DNA of 64,000 bases, taken from the human T2T-CHM13v2.0 reference genome, Homo sapiens. The notes beneath the pieces were generated by a model, which saw only the letters and a program-made list of their open reading frames with translations, was not told the origin of the DNA and did not search any database. The stretch is taken from NCBI RefSeq assembly GCF_009914755.1, contig NC_060935.1. One strand, 5' to 3'. Both the position numbers and the translations under genes were made by a program. Shown here in pieces: positions 16,038-30,859 of the stretch; within the stretch, counting starts at the first letter, position 1, and each line of letters opens with the position of its first letter.

Positions 16038-16497
16038 TCAAAACCACAGTATTACTGATAAAATTCACATTGGCAAATGTGGCTTTATCATTTAGCAAAT
16101 GGGTCCCTTGATTCTGAACACCAGAATTAGGGAGACTAACCCACCCACTCACAGATGGTATACAAAAATTATAGCTTCCCCCTTGATTTATATAGAGGAA
16201 TCAATATTGACCATGAGTTTATTATTGTTAAAGTGGGTAATGGGTACGTGAATCTTTATACTATTATCTCTCCTATTTAAGTACTCTGCATTTAATAACT
16301 TTTTGGAGTAAATCTAATCGTGCAGTTATATCTTCCCCCAACGCTCTGAGAGAGAGATATCAGAAACATTCTTTTCTTTTTGCAAAGTGTAGAAATTTGC
16401 AATGATGCCACCTCAGTCATTAGGCCTTATTGAAGGGATTTTTTAATTTCCATCCAGCCTGCTCAAATTTTCCTATACAGTTCAATACACTGATTGA

Positions 16498-16954
<457 letters not shown>

Positions 16955-17096
16955 TTAAATAATGTCTTCAACCCAAGAAACCTGCTTCCTAGGGAAGTTT
17001 CTCTCTCTCTGCATTTGTTCCCACTAGAGAATGACCATCACCAGATTCCTGAACTGAAAATGCTGTTGACACTTTGGAAACTCGGGCCTCTATTAA

Positions 17097-17180
17097 TAGG
17101 GTGACCAACTATCCTGGTTTACCTTGAGTACAGGATTTTCAATGCTAAAACCAGAAAAACCAGGATGGTTGGTCATCTGC
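17097..17180. mobile_element. hAT-Blackjack MITE (MER81/MER94-like)
   Basis: TIR-like 'tagggtgaccaactatcctgg' and 'ccaggatggttggtcatc'. Confidence 0.55.
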
Positions 17181-18417
17181 CTCAGACCTAATAAATACCA
17201 GTCAATAATTCAGCCATGAGCTTTCTTAAGACACTGTCTTTTCTTGACTGTTGAATAGTCTAGGACTTGAGTAGCAGCTCTTTCTGCTACTGGACACTTG
17301 TTTTACTACCCTATTTCTCTAGATTTTATTTTGTGGCTAATAATTAAGACATAAAATCATGGGTTCTGGTTATGCCAAAGCACTCACTCTTCAAAAGTTT
17401 CCATCCAGAGTTGGATAATCCCACACAGAAGGTGTTCTTTCAACAGACCAGCATCCAATAGACCCAATGCAGCATTTTTCTTCCTGGTTCCACATTAATA
17501 CATCCTATCTCTGCTATGCTTAGGTCCCTGATTTATAAATATTTCAGACATATTTTCTCAGGACACAGGGAGTACTTAAACTTCCACATAGCAGAGATAC
17601 GACATACAATAAGCTGTTATCTGGAAACTCCTAGTGATGCTTTGAGTACTTTACAGTAATCTTTCTGGTCTTCCTCTCAACCCCATTAAGTTTTTCTGTA
17701 ACTAGCTGGTGTATCTGTCTCCATCTTTAAGGAATAAGTCCCTATTTGCTCATGCTATAATCTCCCTCATGCTCTCCGTCCCTCCTTCCCTCTCCTTCTC
17801 TCTTTCTGTCTCTCTCTCTCTCCACCCTGATTGTGAGATGCTACACCTTAATAGTTTTCTATACCTAGATCCCTTTTGAAGGAGTAATTTCAGCCATCAC
17901 TGAAATCTATGCTTTTTTATCTTGTTAGATTTATTTAGGACCTAATGACTGTTTCTGAGCTAATAATAACGCAATCAGCTCATATTTTTCTGATACTCTA
18001 AGAGCAATTACATCTAGTTGCATCACCTTTTCCTTTTTTATTCATGTATCTTAGGCTTCTCAAGATATGAGACTAGCACTTGAGCCTGAGATAAGCCTTA
18101 AGAATTCCAGGATAGTCTCTCCATAGTTCCCTTTCTTGGATAAAGTCATTTCAAAACATCTTAGTGGATCAGATTTGGAGCAGCCTACTTACACTGGTGA
18201 ATACCACAACTAATAAATAATTGTTCTGCACCCCACCCACATCTAAAGGATTCAGGGTGTCTTTTACAGATATAGGACTCTCCTTTCTCTGTTTCTCTTC
18301 TCTCTCTTCTCCTTGATTAAAGCTTTGCTTCAGCTGTCCCTGCTCACTACGGCACTGCACCTCACCAGCATCTTCATGGCCCTCACATGGCTCATGTGCA
18401 TATCCTAACTCTGATAC

Positions 18418-18858
18418 TAAGGGAGGAGACCACCCCTCATATTGTCTTATGCCCAATTTCTGCCTCCAAAGAAAGAAGAAGTAAAAACTAAAAGGCAGAA
18501 ATGAAATCCACAAGCAGACAGCCCGGCGCCACACCCTGGGCCTGGTAGTTAAAGATCGACCCCTGACCTAATCGGTTATTTGCATAAGAAAAGCACTGTG
18601 AAGATCCCTGTCCTGTTCTGTTCCATTCTAATTACCGGTGTATGCAGCCCCCAGTCATGTACCCCTGCTTGCTCAATCGATCACGACCCTCTCACGTGGA
18701 CCCCCTTAGAGTTGTGGGCCCTTAAAAGGGACAGGAATTGCTCACTCGGGGAGCTTGGTTGTTGGAGATGTGAGTCTTGCTAAAGCTCCCAGCCGAATAA
18801 AGCCCTTCCTTCTTAACTCGGTGTCTGAGAGGTTTAGTCTGCAGCTTGTCCTGCTCTA
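18418..18858 (+). mobile_element. LTR2-family (LTR2B/2C; HERV-E/Harlequin) solo LTR
   Basis: Starts TAAGGGAGGAGACCACCCCTCATATTGTCTTATGCCC; AATAAA near the 3' end; TSD ATAC at 18414-18417 and 18859-18862. Confidence 0.88.
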
Positions 18859-19170
18859 ATACCTGTGTAGTTCAAGAATAATCTACAGCACATTACACCC
18901 AAGGCTCTCACTTTGGCTATAGTTGTGTCTTTACTGAGCCATCCCCCAACCCCGCCCACAGTGGCATCTGGCTAAGGCCTACCCTTTTGAATATTAAGGA
19001 CACCCACATGCACCTTGACAGAGACATTTTGGCTGAAGGCAGGCAAGACCCATCTACTGTTCCCCTAAGGTCAGCCCAGAGCCCTGCCTCTATTAAAAAC
19101 AGATCCTTACCTGTGGATAAGGTAACCTGTGGGTAACAGATCCTTACCCGAGACTTGTGGGGCCCCATCA

Positions 19171-19662
<492 letters not shown>

Positions 19663-20211
19663 TTAACATAATAGTTGGGTCTCCAAATTTCACTCCCTGT
19701 TTATTTTTTAAGGCTCCTGGTCCAGTGAATCAGATGTTGAAGTTGTGTGTTGAAGATGTGCCTCAATAAACGGCACATCTTTCCCTCTCCTGAGTTCAAC
19801 ACCAGTTAAAAGGTAGAAACCAATAATCATTTCTATGACTGACAAAGTTAATATTAGAAAGATGGCTTATATCATTGGATAAAATAACTTTCTAATAGTG
19901 AATCCCAGAAATAAAAAGAGGTTTACCTACACAGCTATAGTTCATACTGGAAAAATGAGGTCTACCAATGGGGCAAGCCCCTTTAGAATGTCCTTTGAAG
20001 TGCATGCTTTTGAGGTCAACCTGGATCCCAAAGAGACAACTGGGAAAGCTGAAGCTTGTTCTTCCCAAATGTATCATTTAGCTAAGTCATTGACTTCTCT
20101 TCTGGAGAGGGAGGCCAGTATTATTACTCTAAAAGAGCTCCCTCCATGTGAAATGAACCATTGAGAGCGAAGAAAAGCACTTTTCTCCAGTCGTAGTCAA
20201 GGTTAACCATC

Positions 20212-21088
<877 letters not shown>

Positions 21089-21557
21089 ATTAATTATCCT
21101 AGATAACAGCAGGACATCTTTTTTCCGTTTCTGCACATGGCATGAGAAATGTGACATGACCAGTTTCCAATTTCCAATGTAATGGGATCATCATTACAGG
21201 CACCTAGTGAAAATATCTCTCACTTTGTTTTTGGTTTTGTTGTTTTGTTTTGTTTTTGTTTTACTTTGAACACTAAGATGCTAAATACTTTGGTAGTAAA
21301 AGAATCTTGGTTAGAGAAAGACAGCATTTTGAGAATGGTTATTGAAGTATAATTATGAGTGGTGATGCTCCCATCTCCAACTCTTAATCCCTGGGCCTAT
21401 GTGTTCTGACTTGGAGACATGAATATATGAATCTGGCAGAGAGCATAAATCACCAACAGCAAGACAAGATGCCTAACTCACAAGCAATTGTCCCCCAGCT
21501 AGGGTCAAAGCTGAACATTCATTTCTCTATAATGCCAGCAACTTCTGTCTGATAGGG

Positions 21558-22005
21558 TCTATATTAGCTTTCTAGAGCTGCTATAAGAAAGCGCCACAAA
21601 ATTAGTGATTTAAAACAACAGAAACATATTCATTTGTTATCTTATGGTTCTAGAAGCTAGAAGCCCAAGGTCTCAGCAGGGCACTCTCAGAAGGCTCTGG
21701 AGAGGATCATTCTTTGCCTCTGGTAGCTCCCAGCAATCCTTGTCATTCCTTGGCGTGTAACTGCACCACTTCAATCTCTGTCTTCATTTTCACAGGTCCT
21801 TCTTTCCTCTGTATCCAAGAGTTTTCAAATCTTTCTCTCCTTATAGAGACACCAATCATTGAGTTTAGGGTCCTCCCTAATCCAGTCTGACCTTATCTTA
21901 ATTTAATTACACATGCAAAGACCCTATTTTTAAATAAGGTCCTCTTCAAAGGTACCGGAGTTAGGACTTCAACATATCTTTTTGAAGAACACAGTTCAAT
22001 CCACT
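21558..22005 (-). mobile_element. MLT1B/C MaLR LTR
   Basis: 'atattagctttctagagctgctataagaaagcgccacaaa...ttaggacttcaacatatctttttg'. Confidence 0.8.
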
Positions 22006-22090
22006 GTAGGTCCCATAATGAAATCAATGAATGGCATGGACATTGGTTCTTTGCCTTACTTCTTTTTCTATGAAAAATTTCTTGACAGAG

Positions 22091-22932
<842 letters not shown>

Positions 22933-23594
22933 ACAAGATATAACAGTATATATGACTCCATGACAATACATAAGACTTTCAGTAAGTTCGCAGATGTCAG
23001 TGCTGGCAGGAGTGTGACAAATGGAGAAGTAACACCCAAATTCAGAATAAGTGTCTATTCCAATGAGGACAAATGTCTGTCACCTATGTAATGAAACATG
23101 CCTAAAAACAATCTAGCTGGTAACATTAGCTGGCTGATCCCATTAAATTATGGTCTCATAATATGGATTAAGAGTTTGTCACTGTTAATTGGCAATTTGC
23201 ATATTTGGCTGTGGCAGTAGCCAAATAAGACACAGCCAAGAGAATTCTATTATGAGCCAAAACCTAGTTAACATTCCGAATCTCATTGCCAATTTATTCA
23301 TGAAGCCATTGGGCAAAAACTGGGAAGTTTAGGGAAGAAGACTTGATTGATGTATCAGATGCATCCTTTGGTCCCAACCCGCATCTTCTTGGCTTATCTT
23401 TTTCTCCAGCCAGTTGATCAGGAAGCAGGATGGCAACCAGCCTCCTGTAGAGGGAATCTGTCAGCAGCCTGACTCAACTTCACTTTTTGCCTAGGGCACA
23501 CTCCTGCATACACAACCTCAAACTGTGAGGCAGCTAACACCCAAGAGGCAACCCTTGACTAAGGAGGGGTAAGGCCAGGAGATACACAAATGCA

Positions 23595-23752
23595 GGCCAG
23601 GCATGGTGGCTGTACCTATAATCCCAGGACTTTGGGAGGCTTAAGTGGGAAGATCACTTAAGCCTGGTAATTCAAAATTACAGTGAGCTATAGTCACTGC
23701 ACTCCGGCCTAGGCGACAGAGCAGGAGGACCTTGTCTAAATAAATAAATAAA
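23595..23752 (+). mobile_element. Alu monomer (FLAM/FRAM)
   Basis: Single arm with (AAAT)n tail. Confidence 0.8.
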
Positions 23753-24497
23753 TGGAACATCTTACACTTATTCTCATAAGATCCAGCAGATAGAGCTCAG
23801 TTGCTCACAAAAGTGATTAACTCCAATATATGCCTTGCATTAGCTCTTCCCACTCTGACAAAATCACCAGACACCACCCAGAAATCAGTGTAAACCTGTC
23901 CCCAGGAAAGGTGTTATTCCCGGAAGGATGAAAGTTGGGCTTCCCTTCCCTCTGGCCATTTCTGTCTGGTAGCTGTGTCCTATGCAGAGCTATCTGCAAA
24001 TCAGGCTTGAGTCTTCTCTTCTGTCAACAGGGCCTGGATGGAAATTGAGGGAGGGTGGCATGAGCTCTCATTCATTTTAATGGCTGCATAATATTTCATT
24101 ATAAGGAATATTTAATCACATTTTATGTAACTAATTCATGGTATTTTTGTTGCTACAACAAAGCTGCTATGAATACCCCTCAAGTAGCCCCTCCATCACC
24201 TCAAAAAATGAAAATAATCCAGTGGAAGAAACTGACGTTAAGCTAGTAATTATGAAAATAGTGACTTCATTATAATTGTGATCTATGAAAGAAAAGTACT
24301 AAATGCTGTGACAGTACATTATACATAGACCTAACCTCATGGACTTGAGGGTGAGTCATAAAAAACTACCCTGAGGAAACGACATTTAAGTTAAGATTCA
24401 AAAGACAAGTATAAGTTAATCAGGTCAGTGGGTAGGAGGGAGGTGCGGATGAGGCAGAAGGAGCCAGCATGTGTGAAGGTGTCAGCTGGAATGTGCA

Positions 24498-24690
24498 TCA
24501 GCATGGCAGCACACACACAAGTGCACAAGGCAAGAAAGATTAGCCCTTTGGGGAGTTGTCAGCACTGCAGCACATATACAAGGGCACACAGACGAGAAAG
24601 GTTAGCACTTTGGGGAGTTGTCAGCAGTGTACCACATAGAAAAGTGCACACAGGCAAGGAAGGTTAGCACTTTGGGGAGTTGCCAGCAGT
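24498..24690 (+). repeat. 62-bp minisatellite, ~3 copies
   Basis: 'ttagc(c/a)ctttggggagttg(t/c)cagca' at 24540, 24602 and 24664. Confidence 0.9.
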
Positions 24691-24854
24691 CCTACCTGCC
24701 TGATCTTTAGAATGAGGTGGAGAAAGGTTGATGCAACTGTGAAGTACACAATAGGGAGCCGCTGGAGGATTTTAAGGAAGGATTTCCTAAATCTCACTCT
24801 GGAGGGGAATCTGGAGAGAGAAAAGGTTTAACATAGGAAAACCAGGCAGGGGAC

Positions 24855-25020
24855 AGAACTAGCTGTGTGGTCTTAGACAAATCATGTAGCCTCTGTGAGC
24901 TCCAGTTGCCTCATCCGAAAATAGGGGTAATATTTCCTACCTTAGAGAGTGCTGTTATGATTATTGAGATAAAGTATTACAGATGTTAAATGTTTAATAA
25001 ATGTTAACATTTATTATTTT
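24855..25020 (+). mobile_element. MIR
   Basis: 'actagctgtgtggtcttagacaaatca...cctcatccgaaaataggggtaata'. Confidence 0.75.
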
Positions 25021-25039
25021 TCTACATTCCTCGTTCTCC

Positions 25040-25840
25040 CTTACTTTTCATGTCTATTTTGACACAAAATCCTGCTCATCCTCCCTCCTAAACACCCCTC
25101 AGATCTGTTTTCTTTTCTGCAACATCCTTCTTTATTTAACTCTCATAAATTCTAACTTGGTTGCCTAGTTGGGTCTCTGCCTGCAGTCCGTCCCTCCTCT
25201 AATTACAACTTGGCTACCAAAGTAATTAAACAGAAACCAGAATATTTCATCTGCCTGTAGAAAATTCTCCTGATTTTTTATCCGTTTAAGAACCACGACC
25301 AAAGCCTTAAATTAAATATGGGTATAAGATTCTTAATGATCTTCCCCCATATCTATATGTCATTCCTCCTCCTCACCATCCTCCCAGCCCACCCCTATAG
25401 TGTTCCATATTTCCTAGATGTTTTGGACCGCATGGAGATCCCTTGACACCCCAGGCTCTCTCACACACCCCACATCCTTACTCACACCTTTGCTCCTGCC
25501 CCAGATACCTTCCCTCATGTGTGCCTCACAAACAAAATCCCTGTTCATGCTTTGAGACCCTGTTTCAATGTCACCTCTTCCTCCTCACACTTTCACAACC
25601 TCCTTAAACTGTATATTCAGACCTTCCCTGGGCCTCCAAAGCATTGTGCATATCCTTGTTCTTCAATCCTTATCACATTTATTGTAATTATTTTATTTAT
25701 ATTAATTTTCACCTCTGACACCATGAGCTTCTAAAAATAGTGACCTTGCTTAATCACCCTTGTATCCTCAGCACCTAACTCAAATTCTATCATATATTGG
25801 ATGTACACTTGCTGGAAAAAAAAACGTATGAATGAATCCA
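25040..25840 (+). mobile_element. L2 3' region, degraded
   Basis: 'aatgtcacctcttcc', 'ttgtatcctcagcacctaac', terminal 'atgaatgaat'. Confidence 0.6.
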
Positions 25841-25892
25841 ACATAAAAAGTCACAGTGCATTTGGAACTAGTTGGTCTGTGATAACAGGATT

Positions 25893-25910
25893 TGGCCTCT
25901 AGGTGGCTGT
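25893..25910 (+). promoter_or_regulatory. Candidate CTCF motif
   Basis: TGGCCTCTAGGTGGCTGT matches the CTCF core CCASYAGRKGGC with one deviation. Motif only; no occupancy data. Confidence 0.45.
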
Positions 25911-26063
25911 GCTTAGGGGATCTAAGCTGTCAAGCCTGATTCTCCCCTGACTCCAGGGAATCTGGTCAGAAGGGCAACTAATTTCCTCTCTCACTTCTCA
26001 CCTGCTTGCACTTGGGACCCACCTTGGGACCTAAGCCAGCTGCCCCCTCCACATGTGAGGTTG

Positions 26064-26079
26064 CAGTGCCATCTACTGG
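26064..26079 (-). promoter_or_regulatory. Candidate CTCF motif (module A)
   Basis: Minus strand CCAGTAGATGGCACTG; paralog at 35695-35710. Confidence 0.55.
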
Positions 26080-26329
26080 TATCTAGAAGACCTGCAGGTC
26101 AGGCCGAAGGAGGAAGAGGGAGGAAGAATTAAGGACCACTGTGGTTTAACCCTGCCGTGAAATCTCAGCTACCAGATCCCACATTGGGCAGTTTGTCCCA
26201 CCTATGTGAGCCCATGCTTGCTAGGGAAAGCCCCTCATTTATACTTCCCGTTGACCGAATACCCTCAGTCATGTCTCAGTGTCCAGAGCCCTTTCTTCAA
26301 CCCTCTGAGAGCCAGGGACCCCACCCTCA

Positions 26330-26860
26330 GTTTCATCAGGAGCTGGTCACCCTAAGTCAGTGACACAAGCATCCTCCTTGGCCCTCTCAGTAATAGAGCC
26401 TCTCACTCAGAAACCTCTGATCACCTGTAAGAATTTGTGACAGGACCCTCTCCTTCAGGCTTTGGTGACCAGATGTCTCCACCCAGGCCCTTAGTAAGTA
26501 GGGCCCTTGACTCAGACCCCTCAGTGATCAGGGATTTTTCCACAGGTCCCCAATGACCAGAGCATCATGTTTAGGCTCGTCATGGACCAGAGCCTACCCT
26601 CACCCCAGTTTTCAGTAACTAAGGACCTTCTCTGAGACACCTCAACAACAGTGCCTCAGCTCAGCCCCCTCAGTGACCACAGTCTCCTTCACAGGCCTCC
26701 CAGGGACCCTCACTCAGGCCCCTCAGTAACCAGGGTCCTCACTGAGCCCATCAATGATTGGGGTCCTCACTCTGCTTCTCCGTGAGCTGAGGACTCAGAT
26801 TTCTCTAGTTTTCATTCAAGTTTCATTGACAGGAACCCTCCCTCAGACCCCTCATCAGGG
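26330..26860 (+). repeat. Degenerate ~29-30-bp tandem array, consensus ~CCCTCAGTGACCAGGGCCCTCACTCAGGC (module A)
   Basis: Cores recur near 26464, 26522, 26551, 26581, 26613, 26671, 26724, 26752 and 26780. Confidence 0.7.
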
Positions 26861-27987
26861 ATGGATTCTTCAATAAGCTGATAAGAAAGAGCTATGGCAT
26901 TATGAAAGCAGAAACCACAAAACAGGAAAACAAATTTTTAAAGAATTCAATATTTGCAAAAGGCCATCAGTATGACCATCGTGGGATACATTTTATTAAC
27001 TTTCTTTGTATTTATTTTATGGCCTATACCATTTTGTTTTGAATAACATGTAGAAACCAAACATAATCTTTAATGTGTTTAGACCTTTAACAGTCTTGAT
27101 CAGCCCCATTCCTCAGGGACCCTGACCATCACTAAGAGCTGCATGACCAAAGGTCTTTAATTAAGGCCTAGTGAGCATAACAAGAACTGGGCAGGTCCCC
27201 TCAGGCCACCCAACTGTCTTCCGCTTCCCTCTCTCTGCTCCCCTGAGAAGCCTCTTATCTCCAGGGCTCTGCCTTCTGCTCCATCCCTGTGCCCTTTGTC
27301 CAGAGAGGGGCCACAGCTGCGCCCAGGTCTCATGAGGAGGAGTGGGCCCTGCTGGGCTAATTGGTGCAATCCCAGGGTTGTCCCCCAAAAGGCCGGCTTT
27401 GGCCACTCCAGCCCCAGCCCACATACATCAGGGATGATTAGCAATAACCCTCCAAAATGTTTCTGCCACACACTAATCCACATGAACAGTGTAACGTAAA
27501 CAAACCAGCTTCCACTTTTACCCCAAATCCTCTGGGAACTTAGTACAGGGTCTAAAGTAAATACAAATTACAGGAAAACTTGGTGGCCAGATATAGGAAA
27601 TTGTGATTCACCATCCCTATTCCTGTTCCCCCTCTTCCCAGAGCCATTTTTTCCTCTGTTTTAACTCATGCTGGGCTCCCTGCATTTGAGCTGCCCATGG
27701 AGTTCCTTTAAACATTAACCACTGTTCTTGTTTGCCAGCTGCCCCTAAGGCCTGTTTTTCCATCTACAAACAGAACCTTCAGCATTAAGGCCTTTTTTCA
27801 GAAGAAAAACCAAAACCATCCCATTAATCAAAAGCATAACAAGTCAGCCATTCAGTCAATGCATTCATTATTCATTCATTCATTCATTCATTCATTCATT
27901 CTTACCACACATCCTTATTGAGCTCCCCTGCGTATTGAGCCTTGTGCAAGGTATTGGGGAAACAACAGTGTATAAAATAGAATTCAT

Positions 27988-28243
27988 CACTTTGGGAGGC
28001 CAAGGTGGGTAGCTCACGGGGTCAGGAGTTCAAGACCAGCCTGGCTAAGATGGTGAAACCCCGTCTCTACTAAAAATACAAAAAATTAGCTGGGCATGGT
28101 GGCGGACGCCTGTAATCCCAGTTACTCAGGAGGCTGAGGCAGAGAATTGCTTGAACCCAGGAAGCAGAGGTTGCAGTGAGCCGAGATCGTGCCACTGCAC
28201 TCAAGCCTGGGCAACAGAGTGAGACTCTGTCTCAAAAAAAAAA
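27988..28243 (+). mobile_element. AluS, 5'-truncated
   Basis: Starts at 'cactttgggaggccaagg'. Confidence 0.9.
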
Positions 28244-28470
28244 ATATATATATATATATATAATTTATATATATATATAATTTATATATATAATTTATAT
28301 ATATATAATTCATATATATATAATTTATATATAATTCATATATATATAATTTATATATATAATTCATATATATATAATTTATATATATAATTCATATATA
28401 TATATGAATTATATATATAATTCATATATATATAATTTATATATATATAATTCATATATATATATAAAAT
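28244..28470. repeat. AT-rich VNTR (ATATATATAATT[T/C])n grown from the Alu tail
   Basis: Read directly; contains a perfect 42-bp palindrome at 28379-28420. Confidence 0.92.
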
Positions 28471-28559
28471 TCATGTCCTTGTGAAACTCACCTCCAATTA
28501 GGAGACACAGCTGTTAGACAAACTGTATGATTATTTATTTAATAGAAAATGTGATACAT

Positions 28560-28869
28560 AGCCGGGCGTGGTGGCTTATGCCTGTAATCCCAGCACTTTG
28601 GGAGGCCAAGGCAGATGGATCACCTGAGGTCAGGAATTAGAGACCAGCCTGACCAACAAGGTGAAACCCCATCTCTAGTAAAAATACAAAAAAAAAAAAA
28701 TTAGCTGGTCGTGGTGGCACGTGCCTGTAGTCCGAGCTACTCAGGAGGCTGAGACAGGAGAATTGCTCGAACCCGGGAGACGGAGGTTGTGGTGAGCCGA
28801 GATCGTGCCACTGCACTCCAGCCTGGGCTATCGAGCAAGACACCGTCTCAAAAAAAAAAAAGAAAGAAG
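28560..28869 (+). mobile_element. AluS
   Basis: Full dimer; TSD GAAAATGTGATA. Confidence 0.95.
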
Positions 28870-30859
28870 GAAAATGTGATATATACTACAAAGGAGATGG
28901 ACTTAATATTTGTTTAGGCCTGCGCTACATGCTCTGGGTGCTATAAAATAAGTGGATAAGGGATAAATCTACTGTCAAATATTCAAAATCGATGTGGAGA
29001 GCCAACCCAGAGGTCCTGCTAGGGAGGGGAGAGTTAAAAGAAACCTCTCAGTCTCCAGTTCTTGAGAATATCTCAAAGACTCTTGAGGACTGGAAAAAAA
29101 CAGAAGTGTTGAGTAAAGACGTCCAGAAAACAGGGCCAAGGTGTCAGGGGTGACATATTGGACTAGCACCAACAGGTCAAACAAGAAGGCAAACTGTGTT
29201 TATAAAATGTTGCAGAGTGCTGCTGGTGGGCTGGCCAGAGATTGGAAGACAGGAAAGGCAGAATTTCTTCGAGTCAGAGCAAGGGGCATACAGGCTTCAC
29301 GGCAAAGTGGATTTGTTCACTCATTTGTTTAATCATTACCTCTTGATTAATGTTAGGCACTGTGCTGGATGCTAAAGATACAGTAATTAACAGAAAAGTT
29401 TATTTGTGAAAACAGACATGTAAACAGATACACAATAAGCCCCAATAACTGCTATTAAAAATACATGCATGAGGCTTAACAGTGACACACTAAGTTACCC
29501 CTATAATAATGTCCCCATCACTAACTGGGGAGAAGAGGGAGTGGCATCACAGCCAGCTCTCAGGAATTGCTTCTCCAAAACCTTTGCTACACGTGCACCC
29601 AGCAGTGGTAGGAAGATTGCTAACACACCAATTGTCATGTCATTTTCAAGTCATCGTATTGCATTGAAATGTAATAGTTATTTTTGCCATTGGCTTTGAT
29701 TTCCTTCCAAAATTCTTCCAGGGTTTCGATAAAATTGGGTTTAACCTTTGAGAGTGCGTATGAATATGGTTGTCATCCATTGTGTGTGGGTGGTGGAGAA
29801 AAGATTGAGAATGGCCGCCGTGCACGGCTGAGGATGAGTCACAATCTTTAGACCAGAAAGGGAGCTGAGTGGGAGGCCTGGCAGGAGAGAGTCGCAAGTA
29901 TGAATCGGGGCTTTTGGCCCTGAGGCAATAATGATGTCACGCCATCTCTCCAATGTGGCCTCCCAGTGAGATGTCCTGATCTAGCCAGGCCTGGAACCTA
30001 GTGGAGAGGGGCCAGAAAGCCCAGTGCCAGGGTCTCCTTATTGTGTGATCCAAAACCTGTGCTTTGGAAATTTGACGTAGGTGAGCTATTTATATTTTAT
30101 ATGTTCTCTTCCTCTCTGTTCTGCAGAAAAACCTTCATAAAATGCCATCTATATCTGTACTTTCTTCATTGAATATGTATTGCTTGTTTAATTTTTTAAA
30201 GATATGGATTCAAAGTAATACAGTATAAAGAAAAGACCCTAAAATGAAAATGCCAGTTCAAACTGTGTTCAGACGAATTAAAGTTTTGTTCACATTCCTG
30301 GGAAAGCTGTAAAAAAGGAACAGCCCAACTCCAATTAGGAGTTGGGGACAAGGCTGGGCAAGCAGTTAGTTTTGAAGTCAGAAAACTCTCAGACTGCTGA
30401 GGAAAGAGGTGGGGATAGGCGTGGGAATTTCAGAGCCCTTGCCCTGCTCCCCCTGCCGCAGAATTCTCCTTCCAGAACTCCCCTGTGCCAGACTTTCCTA
30501 AGTTCCACAGTGGTATGCTTCCATGAGTAAAGTTGTTTCCATTACTGACAGATTATGGTGACCCAAGAGACATTTAGAATCCAGTTCTAGGCCTCAGAAG
30601 CTCTGTAAAGTCAGGGGACACAGGAGAGGCCAGTAGGCAGGGAATGCCACACAAATGTGAGCATCTCTTCCTTCCATCTCTTTAAAGTCTATCTTCAAGA
30701 ACAAGCCCACACTCTACCTCCCTTGTGAAATTCTCCCTGACTCTTTGGCCACCACTGGCCTCTCCTTCCTGGAGTTCTTTAATTATGAAGATTAAGCACC
30801 ATTTTATGTCTTTCTTCTTCTGGAAAATCATCTGATCATGTATTTTGCCTGCCTATCAG

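Noticed and set aside
24498-24690. CRISPR-like repeat-spacer appearance
   Set aside because: The 'spacers' are homologous to each other, there are no cas genes, and the context is human; this is a minisatellite.
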